Part shown: piece by piece, positions 62,885 to 64,000 of the stretch
Position numbering within the stretch: position 1 is the stretch's first letter
Layout of the letters: each line of letters opens with the position of its first letter
Source of the DNA: Octopus bimaculoides
Taxonomy: Eukaryota
DNA length: 64,000 nt
NCBI RefSeq assembly: GCF_001194135.2
Contig: NC_068985.1
Location: 71,450,528 to 71,514,527 of the forward strand
Direction of reading: 5' to 3'
Made by a program: the position numbers and the translations under genes
The notes under the pieces: generated by a model
Databases searched by the model: none
What the model was told of the DNA's origin: nothing
Seen by the model: the letters and a program-made list of their open reading frames with translations, nothing else

Positions 62885-64000
62885 CAGGTGTTCTTTGCAA
62901 GATGTATACACACTTTAACAACTAATAACACACTTAATTTTCATTTCTTTTTAGATTTAATCCATTAAAAATAATGAAGGGAGCCTTATTAAACTTTGAA
63001 CAAAAGAAATTTTGTAACATACTACAGGAAGGAAGTCTGAAAATGCAGTTTAGGAGGGGGTTTCAGACAGATCCACTTATATAACTTTGTATCATTGAAA
63101 TTAGAGATATATTCAGAATATTCACAAGAAATGTCCCAGAACACTGTGGATATCGATGAGTCCTTCAAAGTAAGAAAGAGTACTAAAAACATATTGCCAG
63201 AGTGCAAGAAAATTTTTGCAGCTAGTGAGTTGTGAGAAAATGCAATTCAAAATGAAGAGCTGTCATTGGAAAAGTTACATTCCAATAATAGTCCTTGCTC
63301 TCGATGAAGATAATCTGGACTAAAGGATGGTGTTTTATGAGTGGTTCTTGGCAAGATGTGTAGGAGATACTCACTTTCCAAGGAAGATTGTTTGAAGTGA
63401 TGAAGCTACAATTAAATTAAATAGCTCAATTAACCACCACAATTGCACCTACAGGGGACCAGAGTATCTGCATATTACGTGAAATCATGTTAATTTACCT
63501 AGTGTTACAGTATGGTGCTAATTACCATCAAAAGGATTAATTGGACCATTCATTTTTTTTAATGGTACTGTAACTGGTCCCATTCATTTGAATTTGCTGC
63601 AATAATCTGACATGCTAAGCGTTGAAGAGGAGTTTGCTAATGTGAAGTTTTATTTCCAACAAAGTGGGACACCCACACACTACCCTGGTAATGCAAGGGC
63701 CGCATTGGATGAGATTTTGACAAGGAGGTTCAGTAGAATACCCATGTGCTCACTGGACCTCACAGCACCAGACTTCTTGATGAGAGAATAGACTTCTTTA
63801 TGTTGTTGTTCTTAAAAAATAAAGATTACAATACAAAAGTAACAACAGTGGATGAATTGAGGGCAGTGCTTGAGTATGAATGTGCTCAAATACCAATTTT
63901 CTAGGCTCTATTACATTTTAAAAATGAAATCTATTTTAATAAGCATTGACTTTATAATCTACCAATCTATCTTTTTGTGTATACATTTTTGGGGGAATAT
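62885..64000 (+). mobile_element. Near full-length decayed Tc1/mariner-superfamily transposon (transposase pseudogene ~62974-63896)
   Basis: Starts MKGALLNFEQ; later KIV*SDEATIKLNSSINHHNC, HVNLPSVTVWC, GLIGPF, FYFQQSGTPTHY, SLDLTAPDF, LKNKDY (DD-type catalytic motifs, many stops). TIR core GATGTATACACA at ~62901 and TGTGTATACAT at ~63977; the right TIR runs off the window. Confidence 0.88.

Overview
AT-rich, microsatellite-saturated eukaryotic DNA with 14 assembly gaps. The repeat families look like those of a coleoid cephalopod, most likely Octopus (inference from recalled SINE families, not a database hit). I find no supportable host protein-coding gene; nearly all listed ORFs are translations of microsatellites, N-runs or repeats, so the window is probably intronic or intergenic. 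It holds at least four tRNA-headed SINE families and about 25 copies of an unclassified ~200-bp retroposon with an (AAC)n tail. It also holds decayed RTE, CR1 and R4/Dong-type LINE pieces, two Tc1/mariner transposase relics, several hAT-type MITEs with 8-bp TSDs and one Helentron-like element. Best leads: relics of minimal type I hammerhead ribozymes (23381-23420 minus, 43485-43522 plus); a second family with hammerhead-like boxes and a covarying helix (33037-33110, 61237-61311); a pre-miRNA-like hairpin (20938-21033); a 53-bp palindrome (43005-43057); a possible 6-nt microexon inside competing hairpins (43808-43863); and closely spaced inverted repeat pairs that could form ADAR substrates. 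All alignments and translations were done by eye, and repeat boundaries are approximate unless a TSD is quoted.
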